DNA of 64,000 nucleotides from NCBI GenBank assembly GCA_044376115.1, contig JBILLK010000006.1, forward strand, positions 369,302 through 433,301, read 5' to 3'. Below the pieces are notes generated by a model that was not told where the DNA came from, did no database searches, and saw only the letters and a program-made list of their open reading frames with translations. This DNA comes from Polyangiaceae bacterium. GTDB taxonomy: Bacteria > Myxococcota_A > Polyangia > Polyangiales > Polyangiaceae. Each line of letters begins with the position of its first letter. The stretch's first letter is position 1. Below, piece by piece: positions 28,505-38,687 of this stretch. Made by a program: the position numbers and the translations under genes.

Positions 28505-29290
28505 ATGCGCTCGCTCCATCCCAGCCTATTCGCCGTGTGCCTGCTCTCCACCTTTGCCATCGCTTGTGCCGATGACGCCAAGACGGCCGACCCGAACAAC
28601 GTGGTGGAGTCCTCCTGCGAGGCGACCTTCGCCATCTTGCAGAAGGACGCGTACAAGGAGACGGCTGGGCGTTCGAGCGATCTCTGGCCGCCGCACACGA
28701 CCAATACGTTGACCGTCAGCTGCGATGGCGAGGTCGTGCGCGAGGCTGTCGCGGCCAACCACGGCACCTTGCCGGGCGCCCAGGACGTGAACGGCGACGT
28801 GATCCTGCAGCAGATGAAGACCGTCGACCTGGACGGCACGCGAGAGGAGCTCGAGAGCCTGGCCGACGCGTTCGAGGCCTGCTCCTGTGATGGTGAGACC
28901 ACCTTCCTGAGCTTGGATTCGCTCTCGGACACGGTGGTCAGCGACATCGTGGTGGAGCTCTCGCAATACCTCTCCGACAACCTCGTTTGCGAAGGCGCGA
29001 CGCCGGAGGAGATCGTCAATCACCTGGCGAACGGCGAGGTGGAGCCAGCGATCGGAAAGCTCAGCTACTGCTCGTGGACCAGCGGTAAGTCGCTCGAGGA
29101 GGGTCTCGATGAAGCGCTGGCTGCGGTGATCGCTGCTACCTCGGACTCGCTCAAGGACTACCACGTGTGCAACAACGACGCGGTGCTGCAGGCCGAGCTC
29201 GTTTCCTCCTTCGAAGCCAGCGGCAAGGTCGTGGCGTGTGATGCCGCGGTGGACGCTTGCCGCGGCCCGCTTTGGTTCTACGTGCCCTGA
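28505..29290 (+). CDS. Cys-containing lipoprotein of unknown function
   Basis: Lipobox AIAC and strong codon bias. Confidence 0.7.
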   Translation: MRSLHPSLFAVCLLSTFAIACADDAKTADPNNVVESSCEATFAILQKDAYKETAGRSSDLWPPHTTNTLTVSCDGEVVREAVAANHGTLPGAQDVNGDVILQQMKTVDLDGTREELESLADAFEACSCDGETTFLSLDSLSDTVVSDIVVELSQYLSDNLVCEGATPEEIVNHLANGEVEPAIGKLSYCSWTSGKSLEEGLDEALAAVIAATSDSLKDYHVCNNDAVLQAELVSSFEASGKVVACDAAVDACRGPLWFYVP

Positions 29291-29310
29291 CGTTTGTTTC
29301 GCGGACGCCG

Positions 29311-30252
29311 CTACACCGAGCGCAACACGCTCGGTTGCGGCAGGCCTTCTTGTTGGAGCGCGAGCAGCAGAGCGCGCGCTGAGCCGTAGCCGAGCGAACG
29401 AGCGACTTGTTCGAGCGGCTGGTCCTTGCGGGTGAGAAAGCTCGCTGCCAACGTCGAACGTACGATGCGCAGCTGACGTCGCCAGGCCTGCGGCCGCGAA
29501 TACGCGGGCATCCAGCTGCCCAGCGCCGCCAGTCTCCGATTGACCTGCCGCACCGAGAGCCCGAGCACGGCGGCGAGGTCCTCGGTTTGTGGCCCGCGCT
29601 CGAGCTGGCTCAGCGCCTGGCCAACAGCGTTGGCGAGCTGTTGCGCCCCAGGTGGCGTTCCCTCGTACAGGCTGCGCAGCGACGCCTGCGGAGCGGCGAC
29701 GCCGAGCGCACGCAGCCGCTCGAGCGCCTCATGAACGGCATGCGCTGCGAGCTCGCCGGATAGCTCGCCGGCCTCCAAGCGCGTCGCAAGCAGGTTGAAG
29801 GCTTCGCGGTCGGCGGCGCCCATGCGACCCGTCTCGAGCCGTGGAAGCGGCCTCTCCTGCGGCTTACTCCACTCGAACACCAACGCGCGAAATTCGCCCT
29901 CCCAGCGTTCGTTCCAGGCCTGCACGCGCATCACCGCCAGCGAGCCCTCGTCAATGGGATGCTCGCCTCCCTCCGCCCGAATGCCGAGCGTGCCTCCCAG
30001 TTGAATCGAGACCGCGCTGCTGCCGATGGTCGCTTGTTGCGGCGAGATGTCGAGGAGGCCGGTGTCCAGCCGCTGACCGCCGCTCATACTCGCGACGTAC
30101 ACCCGCAGGTCGGGGCTATGCAGCGCGGCGAGCGAGCGCACCGCGCCAGTTCCGAGCAGCGCATGCTTTCGCTGGAGGAGCAGCACCAAGGGCGAGCGTA
30201 GCAACGACTCGCGCGTATGAATGCGGCAAAAGCGCCGCCGCTCGTGCGTCAA
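29311..30252 (-). CDS. AraC family transcriptional regulator
   Basis: C-terminal double HTH: EDLAAVLGLSVRQVNRRL...LEQVARSLGYGS. Start is uncertain. Confidence 0.75.
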   Translation of the reverse strand: MTHERRRFCRIHTRESLLRSPLVLLLQRKHALLGTGAVRSLAALHSPDLRVYVASMSGGQRLDTGLLDISPQQATIGSSAVSIQLGGTLGIRAEGGEHPIDEGSLAVMRVQAWNERWEGEFRALVFEWSKPQERPLPRLETGRMGAADREAFNLLATRLEAGELSGELAAHAVHEALERLRALGVAAPQASLRSLYEGTPPGAQQLANAVGQALSQLERGPQTEDLAAVLGLSVRQVNRRLAALGSWMPAYSRPQAWRRQLRIVRSTLAASFLTRKDQPLEQVARSLGYGSARALLLALQQEGLPQPSVLRSV

Positions 30253-30377
30253 TCTCTGCGCGCGATCGGTTCATAGCGTCGCAGGCCAAGGTAGACAGCC
30301 CAGAACGCTGCGAAGAGCGCGAGCAGACCCGCAACATGCAACCGTTCGCGGCTGCGACGACGGGGCTCAAGGCGCGA

Positions 30378-30857
30378 CTAGCGCTTTCGAAGCAGCGTGC
30401 AGCGCTTGTTGGCGCAGGCCGCAATAAAGGCGCTCGGCGGCTCGACGGCGGCGCAAGGGGCGTTGCTGCACGGCTCGCAGCGGAGCTGTTTGCACTCGGT
30501 GCTGTCGCGCCAGCTGAGCCAGGCGCGGCTCGTGACCGAGGGCTCACTCGGACAACAATCGCAGCACGCGCGAGTGGCCGTGATCGCGCAATCGGCGTCG
30601 GTCTCGCAGGTCGTATCGCCGATCCGTGCGTTGGGGATGGGGGCGAAGGAGCTGGCTGAAGCTGACACGGTGGATGCGATCGAGGTGGAGCTCGCATCGC
30701 TAGCCGAGGGCGAAGCCGAAGCTCCCGGTTCGGGCACTGCGCGGCCTAGCGCTGCGCTCGGGAGGGCGCTCGGTGTTGGCTCACGCGGCGGGTCCTGCGG
30801 CCCGCAGGCGGTGAGGAGCCCGAGGGGGCTGAGCAGGCGCGCGGCGAGTCGGAGCAT
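30378..30857 (-). CDS. Small Cys-rich lipoprotein
   Basis: Lipobox LTAC; CETDADC, CCDCCP and other cysteines. Confidence 0.7.
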   Translation of the reverse strand: MLRLAARLLSPLGLLTACGPQDPPREPTPSALPSAALGRAVPEPGASASPSASDASSTSIASTVSASASSFAPIPNARIGDTTCETDADCAITATRACCDCCPSEPSVTSRAWLSWRDSTECKQLRCEPCSNAPCAAVEPPSAFIAACANKRCTLLRKR

Positions 30858-30999
30858 GCGCCGCTCGTAGCATTTCCTGCGGCCGGCGGGCTTTCGCGAC
30901 ATGGGCGTAGCGAACCTTCATGAGCGAGGACACCACGACTCTCGAGCAAGGAAATCGGCGTGCGTTGCAGCCGAGCAGCGCCGCCATCATGCTTGGCAC

Positions 31000-31461
31000 G
31001 TGACTAAACAGCATGGATGGGCCCTCCTCCTAGTGAGCCATTGGATGCTGGGCTGCAATGCGGAGAACCCGCCGAACACCAGCACGGTTTCCGCCTCTGG
31101 TTCTTCCGTGAAGGTTGAAGCTTCCGCCACGCTCAGCGCTAGCAGCTCCTCGTCCTCGTCTCCTGGTGCCGGCTTGGCGCAGGGGCCGTGCAACGTGGCA
31201 AAGGAGTGCCTGTCGGGCATATGCGTCTTTCGAGAGCCCGGTTGCCAAGCGCGCGGGGCGTGTTGGCCGCCCGGTTTAGCCTGGCCGCCCGGTGGTGCGG
31301 CGCCTCGCTGCGGCTGCGACGGACAGACGTTTTGGGAGGACCTCGCCCAACGTCCCTTCAAGCACGACAATCCTTGCCCAGGTGCCTCCGCCTCGCCGGC
31401 AGCACCCGCCTCGCCGACGGCGCGGGCGCAAGCAAGGGAGGCGGCGGAGTCGCGCCCCTGA
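31000..31461 (+). CDS. Small Cys-rich lipoprotein with a Kazal-like CGCDG.T motif
   Basis: Lipobox MLGC, Ser linker, CGCDGQTF. Confidence 0.6.
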   Translation: MTKQHGWALLLVSHWMLGCNAENPPNTSTVSASGSSVKVEASATLSASSSSSSSPGAGLAQGPCNVAKECLSGICVFREPGCQARGACWPPGLAWPPGGAAPRCGCDGQTFWEDLAQRPFKHDNPCPGASASPAAPASPTARAQAREAAESRP

Positions 31462-31505
31462 GCCCCCTTGTCCGCGTTGGTGGAAGGCTGCTGATAAGGT
31501 TGCCA

Positions 31506-32201
31506 ATGATGTTCGATGCACGATGGGTTCGCTCTCAGGTCCTGGCCATTTGCAACGAAGAGGAAGCTGCGCGAGTCGACGGTTGGACGCTTTCGCTCGA
31601 CGACGACGACCATGCGGCCACCTGGGAAGACCTGCGGCCTCATTGGGAGCCGCGCTCGAGCGATGCCATCTTGGACGCTGGGGCGGGGACAGGAGCGCTG
31701 TGCTTGACCTTGGTGCGGCGGCCACATCGATCGCTGACTGCGCTCGATCCTGCGCCGGCGATGCTCGACCGACTCGGGCGCAAGCCTGAGTTGGCCTCGG
31801 TGCAGCGGGTGCAAGGCTTCTGCGATCACCCCGAGGACGCGGCCCAGTTTGCGGATGGCAGCTTCGATGTGATCGCCTCGCGTCAGTTGACCAACGGGCT
31901 CTTCGATCCGATCGCTGCGTTTCGCAATTGGAACCAGTGGCTAGGGGAAGGCGGAACGGTGGTCGTTGTGGACGGCTTCTACGATCGCGACGCCTGGACC
32001 GGAGCGTGGGAGGCGCTCATCGATCAGCTGCCGCTTTCGGCCTGCCGTACGATGGCAACGGTGCCCTATCTCCTCGCGCGCTGCGGATTTCGCATCGAGC
32101 ACGTGGGCTTGATGCAAGCGACCAACGCCCGGCCTTCAACCCGCACCCGGCGTTATCTCGTGGTCGCTCGCAAGGTCGCCGACTGGCGGGCGGCCGGTTG
32201 A
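31506..32201 (+). CDS. Class I SAM-dependent methyltransferase
   Basis: ILDAGAGTG, LDPAPAML, FADGSFDVI, LGEGG. Confidence 0.85.
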   Translation: MMFDARWVRSQVLAICNEEEAARVDGWTLSLDDDDHAATWEDLRPHWEPRSSDAILDAGAGTGALCLTLVRRPHRSLTALDPAPAMLDRLGRKPELASVQRVQGFCDHPEDAAQFADGSFDVIASRQLTNGLFDPIAAFRNWNQWLGEGGTVVVVDGFYDRDAWTGAWEALIDQLPLSACRTMATVPYLLARCGFRIEHVGLMQATNARPSTRTRRYLVVARKVADWRAAG

Positions 32202-32398
32202 TCTCTCCGAGTGAAAAGACGACGCTGTACGCGCTCGCCCAGCGCCTCGTGGCGCTGGGCTGCGACCAAGCGCTCAATCTCGACGGCGGACCCTCAACGG
32301 GAGTGTCGTACCGACGAGCAGGTTCGACGGTTGATAGGCCGCCACGCGGACCCGTTCGTCATGCGCTGGTCTTCAAGCGACGTGCGCCTGCTCCCTAG
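32198..32398 (+). pseudogene. C-terminal remnant of a phosphodiester glycosidase (NAGPA/DUF2233) family gene
   Basis: TLYALAQRLVALGCDQALNLDGGPST matches the family's NLDGGGS motif, but only about 66 codons remain. Confidence 0.65.
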
Positions 32399-32465
32399 GA
32401 TTGGGCTGGTGTTGGGATCCTGCTCGGCGCTGTAAGGCCACTCAAGTGCGGGCGTTCTCCCAACA

Positions 32466-33080
32466 ATGAAAGCTCTGCTCCCGGCCCTCTTTGGTCTCGC
32501 CGTTCTCGCCTGTTCCAGCGGAGTAAGCCAAACCCCAGCCCACCCGAGTGAGCCGGCGCCCAACCCGATTGAGCCCGCGCCTAGCGGGCAGCTGGTAACG
32601 CCGGCGCCTTTCGCCGCGCCCATCCCGGCAGAGCCCAGCCCTTCGTCTGATCCCGCCGCCCGGGGGCCGCTCGAGTTTCCAGCGCTGAGCGATCCTGGCT
32701 TGATTACGCTGCAGTCGATGAGCCTCATCGGCGAGCCCAACGTTCAAACGCTGCGCGTTGCTGAGGACGGCAACTGGAGCTTCGCAAAAGGCGCGGAGAA
32801 GCGCGCCGGTAAGCTCAGCGCAAAGCAACTCGAAACGGTGCGAGGCTTGCTCAACGAGGTCAGCAGCGCCAAGCCGTCGGAAGGGATGGGCCTGCCCTGC
32901 GACGCCCTACCGATGCACGCGGCTCGACTAAGCTTCGGCGGCTCGCGCAGCATTGGTTGGGCTTGGCCCTGCGCCGGGCCGCGGCCGGCTGAGCCGGTCA
33001 TCCAGATGGCCAAAGTCCTTTGGAAGATCGGCCAGGGCCGTAGCGAGGCTGAGATCGAACGCGCGCTGCTTCAGCGCTGA
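32466..33080 (+). CDS. Hypothetical lipoprotein
   Basis: Lipobox VLAC and Pro-rich linker. Confidence 0.7.
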   Translation: MKALLPALFGLAVLACSSGVSQTPAHPSEPAPNPIEPAPSGQLVTPAPFAAPIPAEPSPSSDPAARGPLEFPALSDPGLITLQSMSLIGEPNVQTLRVAEDGNWSFAKGAEKRAGKLSAKQLETVRGLLNEVSSAKPSEGMGLPCDALPMHAARLSFGGSRSIGWAWPCAGPRPAEPVIQMAKVLWKIGQGRSEAEIERALLQR

Positions 33081-33148
33081 GCGCAGAGAGTGGCGGCCGC
33101 TGAGCATCGCTGCTCGCCTTCGCGCCGGCCGTGCGACTAGAGTGCGCC

Positions 33149-34030
33149 ATGCGCTGCCGAACCCTGCTTGCTCTTGTGTGTGTACTCGGCTGCGGGGATC
33201 CCGCGACGACTACTTCGGGCTCGGCGACGGCCTCGGCTCGCCCTTTGGCGCTGGGCTCTGCCTCTGCAGCGGCGACGGCGAGCAGCCGAGCTTCGGCCGC
33301 CGCATCGTCGGTCGTGGTCGCAACGCCGAAGGAGCAGCGCCCGCTCTACTACGACCGCCCGATCACCGAGGAGGATCTGCGCGGACGTTCGCTACGCGAG
33401 CTCTCGCTCTTGCGCAACACCATCTACGCGCGCACCGGCAACGTGTTCCGCAGGCCCTGGCTGGCCGAGCACTTCAAAGCCCAGGCTTGGTACAAACCGG
33501 GCAACAAGCCGGAGCAGGTCGAGGTGCCCAAGCTCGACCGAGAGAACGCCGAGAAGATCGGCGAATACGACGCCAAGCTGACGAAGGAGCAGCTCGAGAA
33601 GATGCTCGCCGAGGTCGAGGCGCGCGCCTCGGCTCCACGTCCCGAAGACAAGATCGAACTCTCGCTCTTGTCCCAACGGCTGGGTCGCTTCGTCGGTGGT
33701 GAAGCAGCGATGGCCTCTCCGCTCGAGGAGGTTGCCCGGCTGGACAAGCTCTTGTCGGTGGACGACTTAGCCACGCTCTCGAAGCGGGATCTGCGCATCT
33801 TGCGCAACACGATCTACGCGCGCCGCGGTCGCTCCTTCGAGTCGAAGGTGGTGCGCGGGTACTTCGAGACCGCGAGTTGGTACAAGCCGCGAGCCGACTA
33901 CAGCGACGCGCTGCTTAGCGAGATCGACTCGAAGAACATCGCGATCGTACGCAGTGTGGAGGACAGCCTGGGCGGGCCCGAACACGAGAATCCGAACTAC
34001 GGCAAAGACGGCTGGTTCATCCAAGCGTGA
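33149..34030 (+). CDS. Lipoprotein with two YARHG domains
   Basis: LRNTIYARTG..F and LRNTIYARRGRSF, each followed by WYKP. Confidence 0.88.
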   Translation: MRCRTLLALVCVLGCGDPATTTSGSATASARPLALGSASAAATASSRASAAASSVVVATPKEQRPLYYDRPITEEDLRGRSLRELSLLRNTIYARTGNVFRRPWLAEHFKAQAWYKPGNKPEQVEVPKLDRENAEKIGEYDAKLTKEQLEKMLAEVEARASAPRPEDKIELSLLSQRLGRFVGGEAAMASPLEEVARLDKLLSVDDLATLSKRDLRILRNTIYARRGRSFESKVVRGYFETASWYKPRADYSDALLSEIDSKNIAIVRSVEDSLGGPEHENPNYGKDGWFIQA

Positions 34031-35043
34031 TGAGCCAGCCAGCGCCCGGTCGGGTGCTCTTTCTGCTGACGCTCGCGGGGCTCGCCCTGCCAGCGTGCGA
34101 GCGCGCGAGCGAAACCTCGGCTCGGCCGAGCGCCGCTTTGCCAACGCCGAGCGACACCGTCGCGCCCGCCGCGCCCAGCGGCGCCGCTGCTGCGCCCGTC
34201 GAGCTTTGGTTTGGCGGTGACGTGCATTGGGGCAAAGGCCGCGACGTTGCCGCGCGGTTGGCCCTGCTCGGCGAGCGACTGCGCAGCGCGACCGGCTTCG
34301 TCAATTTGGAAGGCCCGCTCTCCGCCGGCGCTGGGCCGGGCGCGAGCATCGACGCGAACAACAAGGTCATGCTTTCCAACGAGGCCGCCTTCCTCCCCGC
34401 GCTCGTGGGCGCCGGTGCGCGCTTCATCGGCATCGCCAACAATCACGCGGACGATCTCGGCGCCCGTAGCGTCGAGACCACCCGCCAGCTGCTGCGTGAG
34501 GGCGGGCTCGAGGCGGTGGGGCTCAGCGCCGGTACGAGCAGCCTCGAGCATGACGGCCAGGCGCTGCACTTCGCGGCCTACGATCTGCTGACCAGCGCGC
34601 CCGCCGAACGTTCGCGCGAGTTGACCGCGCTCGGGCGAAAGCCGGGGCTCATGATCGTCGCCTTCCACGACACCGGGCCGCCTTCCTATTTACCCAGCGC
34701 TCGCTTGCGCACCGCTGTCGACGAGGCGATCGAGCTCGGCGCCGATGTCGTCGTTTCACACGGCACCCACGCGCTCGCGCCGGTCGAACGACGAGGCCCA
34801 GCGGTGATCGCCTGGGGCCTCGGCAACCTTCTCTTCGACTGCAGCTGCACCCGCGAACGCGACGGCCTGATCCTTAGCGTGCGCTCGAGCTCCGCAGGCC
34901 TCGAGGCCACCGTGCTCCCGATCGATGCAGGGCTCGGCGACGCACCGGTGCAGCTCTCGCACGACCCAGCGTTGATCTTTGATCTGCTCGAGGCGATCGG
35001 TAGTTCGCCCTTGGTGCGAAAGGGCGAGCGGGCGGGCTTTTAG
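34027..35043 (+). CDS. CapA/PGA_cap family metallophosphoesterase lipoprotein
   Basis: FGGDV, VNLEGP, IANNHADD, HGTH, WGLGNLLFD; start overlaps the YARHG gene stop. Confidence 0.85.
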   Translation: MMSQPAPGRVLFLLTLAGLALPACERASETSARPSAALPTPSDTVAPAAPSGAAAAPVELWFGGDVHWGKGRDVAARLALLGERLRSATGFVNLEGPLSAGAGPGASIDANNKVMLSNEAAFLPALVGAGARFIGIANNHADDLGARSVETTRQLLREGGLEAVGLSAGTSSLEHDGQALHFAAYDLLTSAPAERSRELTALGRKPGLMIVAFHDTGPPSYLPSARLRTAVDEAIELGADVVVSHGTHALAPVERRGPAVIAWGLGNLLFDCSCTRERDGLILSVRSSSAGLEATVLPIDAGLGDAPVQLSHDPALIFDLLEAIGSSPLVRKGERAGF

Positions 35044-35064
35044 CGGCAAGAGTGCGTCTCGGCT

Positions 35065-35466
35065 TCAACGCCCATTCCGCTGTTTGACCTTCTCGAGTCC
35101 CTCCGCGATGCGCTTCTTGTTCTCCTCGAGCTCCTTTTTGACGCGGTCGATCTCGGCTTGATCCTTCTTAGCGATCGCACGCTTGAGTTGCTCTGCGAGC
35201 ACGGCTCCGCGGGCGCTGGTAACCGTTCCCTCGAAGGCGAGCTCGTTGCCTAAGACGTCGCCGCAGGCCCGGTTCACCTTTCGACCTTGCGGTGTAATCT
35301 GCTCCGGCCCACCGATCTCTTTCCAAAGCTCGCAGTCTTCTCCGAGCTCGGAACAGACTTTGTCGCAGAGTTTCTCGCAGTTGTTGCACGCTCCAAGTCC
35401 AACGACGGCTCCCAGGATCATTGCGGTCAAGGCGAGGAGCTGACGAGTTGCTGTCTTACGAATCAT
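35065..35466 (-). CDS. Small Cys-containing lipoprotein
   Basis: Lipobox LGAC; CEKLCDKVC. Confidence 0.7.
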   Translation of the reverse strand: MIRKTATRQLLALTAMILGAVVGLGACNNCEKLCDKVCSELGEDCELWKEIGGPEQITPQGRKVNRACGDVLGNELAFEGTVTSARGAVLAEQLKRAIAKKDQAEIDRVKKELEENKKRIAEGLEKVKQRNGR

Positions 35467-35581
35467 GTCCCAATGCCCTTTCGAGGTTCGGCCTCTCCCT
35501 CAAGTGAAGGAACGAGCCCTTTGGTTCACATGATACGCTCTTTTCGTTTCGTCACCGGTGCGTGAATGGGCGCGGCTTCAG

Positions 35582-36859
35582 CTATTCCAGCGTGCAATCC
35601 GCTGCGCCAACCGGCAGACCGCCGCTCCACTGCGGAGAGGTGATCGCGGGGTAATAGCCGACGATGTTGAAGCACATCTCGTGGTTGGTCTCTTCGCCGT
35701 AGGGGACCATTTCATTGGTGGAGTTTTCCCAGCTGCAGATGGTTCGAACGCGGTCTCCTACGTCGATATCGATGTCGGTCGGGTAAAGCAGCTGGCTCTC
35801 GAAGCTGAAGTTCGTGTCGACGATGGTTCGCTCGTCGCCGCTCGGGGAAGTGACGGTGGTTTGCATCGCGCGCCCCAGGCTGTGCATGTGCGGCCAGCTT
35901 TGAAAGATGTGAACCGGCATCACCGGCTCCGCCTGCGTTGGGACCGAGAAGTCGCAGGTGAGCTCGCTCTTGGTGTTGGGCGGTAACACGAAGTCCGCCC
36001 CGCCGAAGGACATCACGCCAGCGTCGAATTGGCGCAGCTCGTCGGTGGTGCACATGTCGACGCGCGTGTCGTCGGTCAGGTCCTCGGCGTCCGCGTAGTT
36101 GTTGTAGTGCATCTGGATCACGAGGTTCGCCGTCTCGCCGCTCTCCAGCGGAAAGCCGGCTTGTTCGGGCAGCTCGTAGGCCGGTGCGCCCGGCGCCCAG
36201 GCGTAGAGCAACTCCCACTTGGGCGGGAACAGCGCGCAGTCGAAGGGCTCTTCGCTCTCGGCGTTGGGCGTACGGAAGACCAAGAAGTGGTGGACGATGG
36301 TCGCGTTGTCGATGGCCGGCCCGAGCCCGACGATATGACGTTTGGGGCCGTTGTTCTCGACCTGCATGCCGAAGCACTTGGTCTCATCCTCGACACCGGC
36401 GGGCATGGTGTAGGGCGCCTTCTTGCTGAGCACGACGTCGGGCGTGCAGTTGAGCGTCGCTGGTGCGCCGCCCTCGTTGGTCGGCTCGCAGGATTCGCCC
36501 TCGGCCCGTGCTGGCATGCCGGCGTCGAACCAAGCCGAGAGGACGTTGACCTCCGCGTCGGTCAGCGCCTCGGCTGGCGCCGGCGGCATCGGCGAGGTGG
36601 TGGCGCGGACGCGCGCGAGGACCAGCTCCGTGAGCGCCGTTCCGTCTTTCCCTGTGCCGCTGAAGTCGTCGACGTTAGTGAGCGGCATCGGTGCGCCGTA
36701 GATCGGCGGGTCAGCGTGACAGCTCGTGCACTTGGCCATCACCTCTTGCACGTCGCAAGGCAACGCCTTCGCCGGATCATTCGAGTCGCCGCTCGAGCTG
36801 CTATCACCACAGGCCGCAGCCGTAAGTCCCACCAGCAAAAGCCACCCGCGCTTGTTCAT
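35582..36859 (-). CDS. Copper type II (PHM/DBH-like) monooxygenase lipoprotein with an N-terminal c-type heme
   Basis: CTSCH; CuH ligands VHHF and QMHY; CuM ligands PHMH and EMC; lipobox AAAC. Confidence 0.85.
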   Translation of the reverse strand: MNKRGWLLLVGLTAAACGDSSSSGDSNDPAKALPCDVQEVMAKCTSCHADPPIYGAPMPLTNVDDFSGTGKDGTALTELVLARVRATTSPMPPAPAEALTDAEVNVLSAWFDAGMPARAEGESCEPTNEGGAPATLNCTPDVVLSKKAPYTMPAGVEDETKCFGMQVENNGPKRHIVGLGPAIDNATIVHHFLVFRTPNAESEEPFDCALFPPKWELLYAWAPGAPAYELPEQAGFPLESGETANLVIQMHYNNYADAEDLTDDTRVDMCTTDELRQFDAGVMSFGGADFVLPPNTKSELTCDFSVPTQAEPVMPVHIFQSWPHMHSLGRAMQTTVTSPSGDERTIVDTNFSFESQLLYPTDIDIDVGDRVRTICSWENSTNEMVPYGEETNHEMCFNIVGYYPAITSPQWSGGLPVGAADCTLE

Positions 36860-36871
36860 GCGGAAACACAT

Positions 36872-36887
36872 CGCAAGCCGCGTGCCG
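36872..36887 (-). promoter_or_regulatory. Candidate sigma-54 (-24/-12) promoter
   Basis: The minus strand reads CGGCACGCGGCTTGCG (GG-N10-GC, consensus TGGCACG-N4-TTGC) about 12 nt before the monooxygenase ATG. Confidence 0.45.
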
Positions 36888-37025
36888 CTACGTGAGGCCG
36901 CTTCTGCGCGAAAAAAGCTGGGTCTCTCAGGCCGAAGCGAGGCGTGCCAGCCTCCGGCGTGGCGTGCACGCCTCGCACCCGCTGCTCCACCTTTTGCTAT
37001 CCGTAAAAGTACCGTTACCGTAGCC

Positions 37026-38552
37026 ATGGGACTCTTCACCCGGGCCGAGCGAAGCTATCCAAACGGCACCATTCGAGTCAGCGACGAAGGGCTGCGGGCC
37101 CGCCTCGGCTTCATCGGCTTGAACGAGGTCGACTTGGGCGTTGTCCAGGCGTGGGGAGAAGTCTGTCGCAACGCTCTCCCGGCCGTGACGAAGGCGTTCT
37201 ACGCGGCCGTCACGGGGACAGCGGCAACGCGTCGAGTCCTCGAGAAGCACACCACGGCGGCCAAACAGAGACCGGTGATGGCGCGTTACCTCGCAACGCT
37301 GTTCGACGGTCGCATCGACGATGCCTGGATCCAGCTCCGGCTGCACGTAGGCAAGCGCCACGACCAGATCGATCTCGACTGCATGTTCTACTTCGGCGGC
37401 TACGAGAGGGTGCGTGCTGGCTTCGCCGCTGCGGTCAAAGAGGGCGGCGCCACGCCCAACGAGTTGGCTCGCTTTTGTGACGCTTTGGGGCGCCTACTAT
37501 TCGCCGACGCCGCCATAACGCTCAACGCCCTGATGGAATCGCGGGCTGTCAAGCTGGCGCGCTCCGAGCGCTTGGAACGCGAGCGCTTCGGGCTCTTCAT
37601 TGCTGCGGTCAAACAAACGGTAGGAGAGATGGCTGGTGGCGATCTAACGGCGCGGATCGCGTCGTCGGACGATGCCAACTTCGAGCAGGTGGCGAGCCTA
37701 TTCAACGGGGCGATCCGCGACATTGGCAGCGCGATGGCGCAGGTGACCGAGGCAGCGGCGCAGATTGCGAAGGCCTCGCACGAGGTCACGGCGGGAAGTC
37801 AATCGAGTGCGCAGGACACCAGCAAGCAAGCGACGACGCTCGCTACGATCTCCGGCTCGCTGGAGGAGATCACTGGCGCGAGTCGGCTCACCGCATCGAA
37901 CGCCTCGGAAGGTCGCAAGCGGGTCGAACGCGCCGTCGACGACGCCACGGAAGGACTTTCGGCGATGACCAGCCTGGCCGACACGATCGGTCGCATCAAA
38001 GAGTCGAGCGATCAGACCGCGCGCATCGTGAAGACGATCGACGAGATCGCCTTCCAGACCAACTTGCTCGCGCTCAACGCGGCGGTCGAGGCTGCCCGGG
38101 CGGGCGACGCAGGACGAGGCTTTGCCGTCGTCGCCGAGGAGGTCCGCAGCCTGGCCATCCGCAGCGCGGAGGCCGCCAAGACCACCTCGCGCATGATCTC
38201 CGACGCGCAGCTGAGCGCCGACGCAGGCGTCTCGGCCGAGAAGGAGGTCTCCTCCAAGCTCACGGCGATCTGCGCGGGCGTGCAGTCGGTTCGCGAGCTG
38301 ATCGAGGCCATCTCGCAGGCGGCCACCTCGCAGACGAGGAGCGTCGAGGCCATTCTCACGTCGGTGGGCGATATCGCCAGTAGCAGCCAGCACGCGGCCT
38401 CCGCGGCGGAGCAGTCCGCCAGCGCTGCGGAGGAGCTCTCTGGCCAAGCCGCAGCGCTACGCGAGACCGTGGCGCGCTTCCGCGTGCCACGCTCTGGAAA
38501 CAAGCTCCTCCAGCTCAAACACCATCCGAGCCAGCAAGCGCGCGTCGCCTGA
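37026..38552 (+). CDS. Globin-coupled sensor / methyl-accepting chemotaxis protein (HemAT-like)
   Basis: Protoglobin domain (FY...[13 protein letters not shown]), HAMP-like GDLTARI, and MCP signature [35 protein letters not shown]. Confidence 0.9.
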   Translation: MGLFTRAERSYPNGTIRVSDEGLRARLGFIGLNEVDLGVVQAWGEVCRNALPAVTKAFYAAVTGTAATRRVLEKHTTAAKQRPVMARYLATLFDGRIDDAWIQLRLHVGKRHDQIDLDCMFYFGGYERVRAGFAAAVKEGGATPNELARFCDALGRLLFADAAITLNALMESRAVKLARSERLERERFGLFIAAVKQTVGEMAGGDLTARIASSDDANFEQVASLFNGAIRDIGSAMAQVTEAAAQIAKASHEVTAGSQSSAQDTSKQATTLATISGSLEEITGASRLTASNASEGRKRVERAVDDATEGLSAMTSLADTIGRIKESSDQTARIVKTIDEIAFQTNLLALNAAVEAARAGDAGRGFAVVAEEVRSLAIRSAEAAKTTSRMISDAQLSADAGVSAEKEVSSKLTAICAGVQSVRELIEAISQAATSQTRSVEAILTSVGDIASSSQHAASAAEQSASAAEELSGQAAALRETVARFRVPRSGNKLLQLKHHPSQQARVA

Positions 38553-38687
38553 GCGCGCCGACTGACGCAGACAAAATGACTTAGGCCGTGAGCGGCCGAA
38601 CGATTCTCTGTCCACCTTGCGCTCGAGCTCTCGAAAACCATTGGGAAGCGGGCGGACAAAGGCTGCCGCTCGCACTGAGGGCTTGTC

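Noticed and set aside
34027..35043. Poly-gamma-glutamate capsule locus
   Set aside because: capB and capC are absent from the window.
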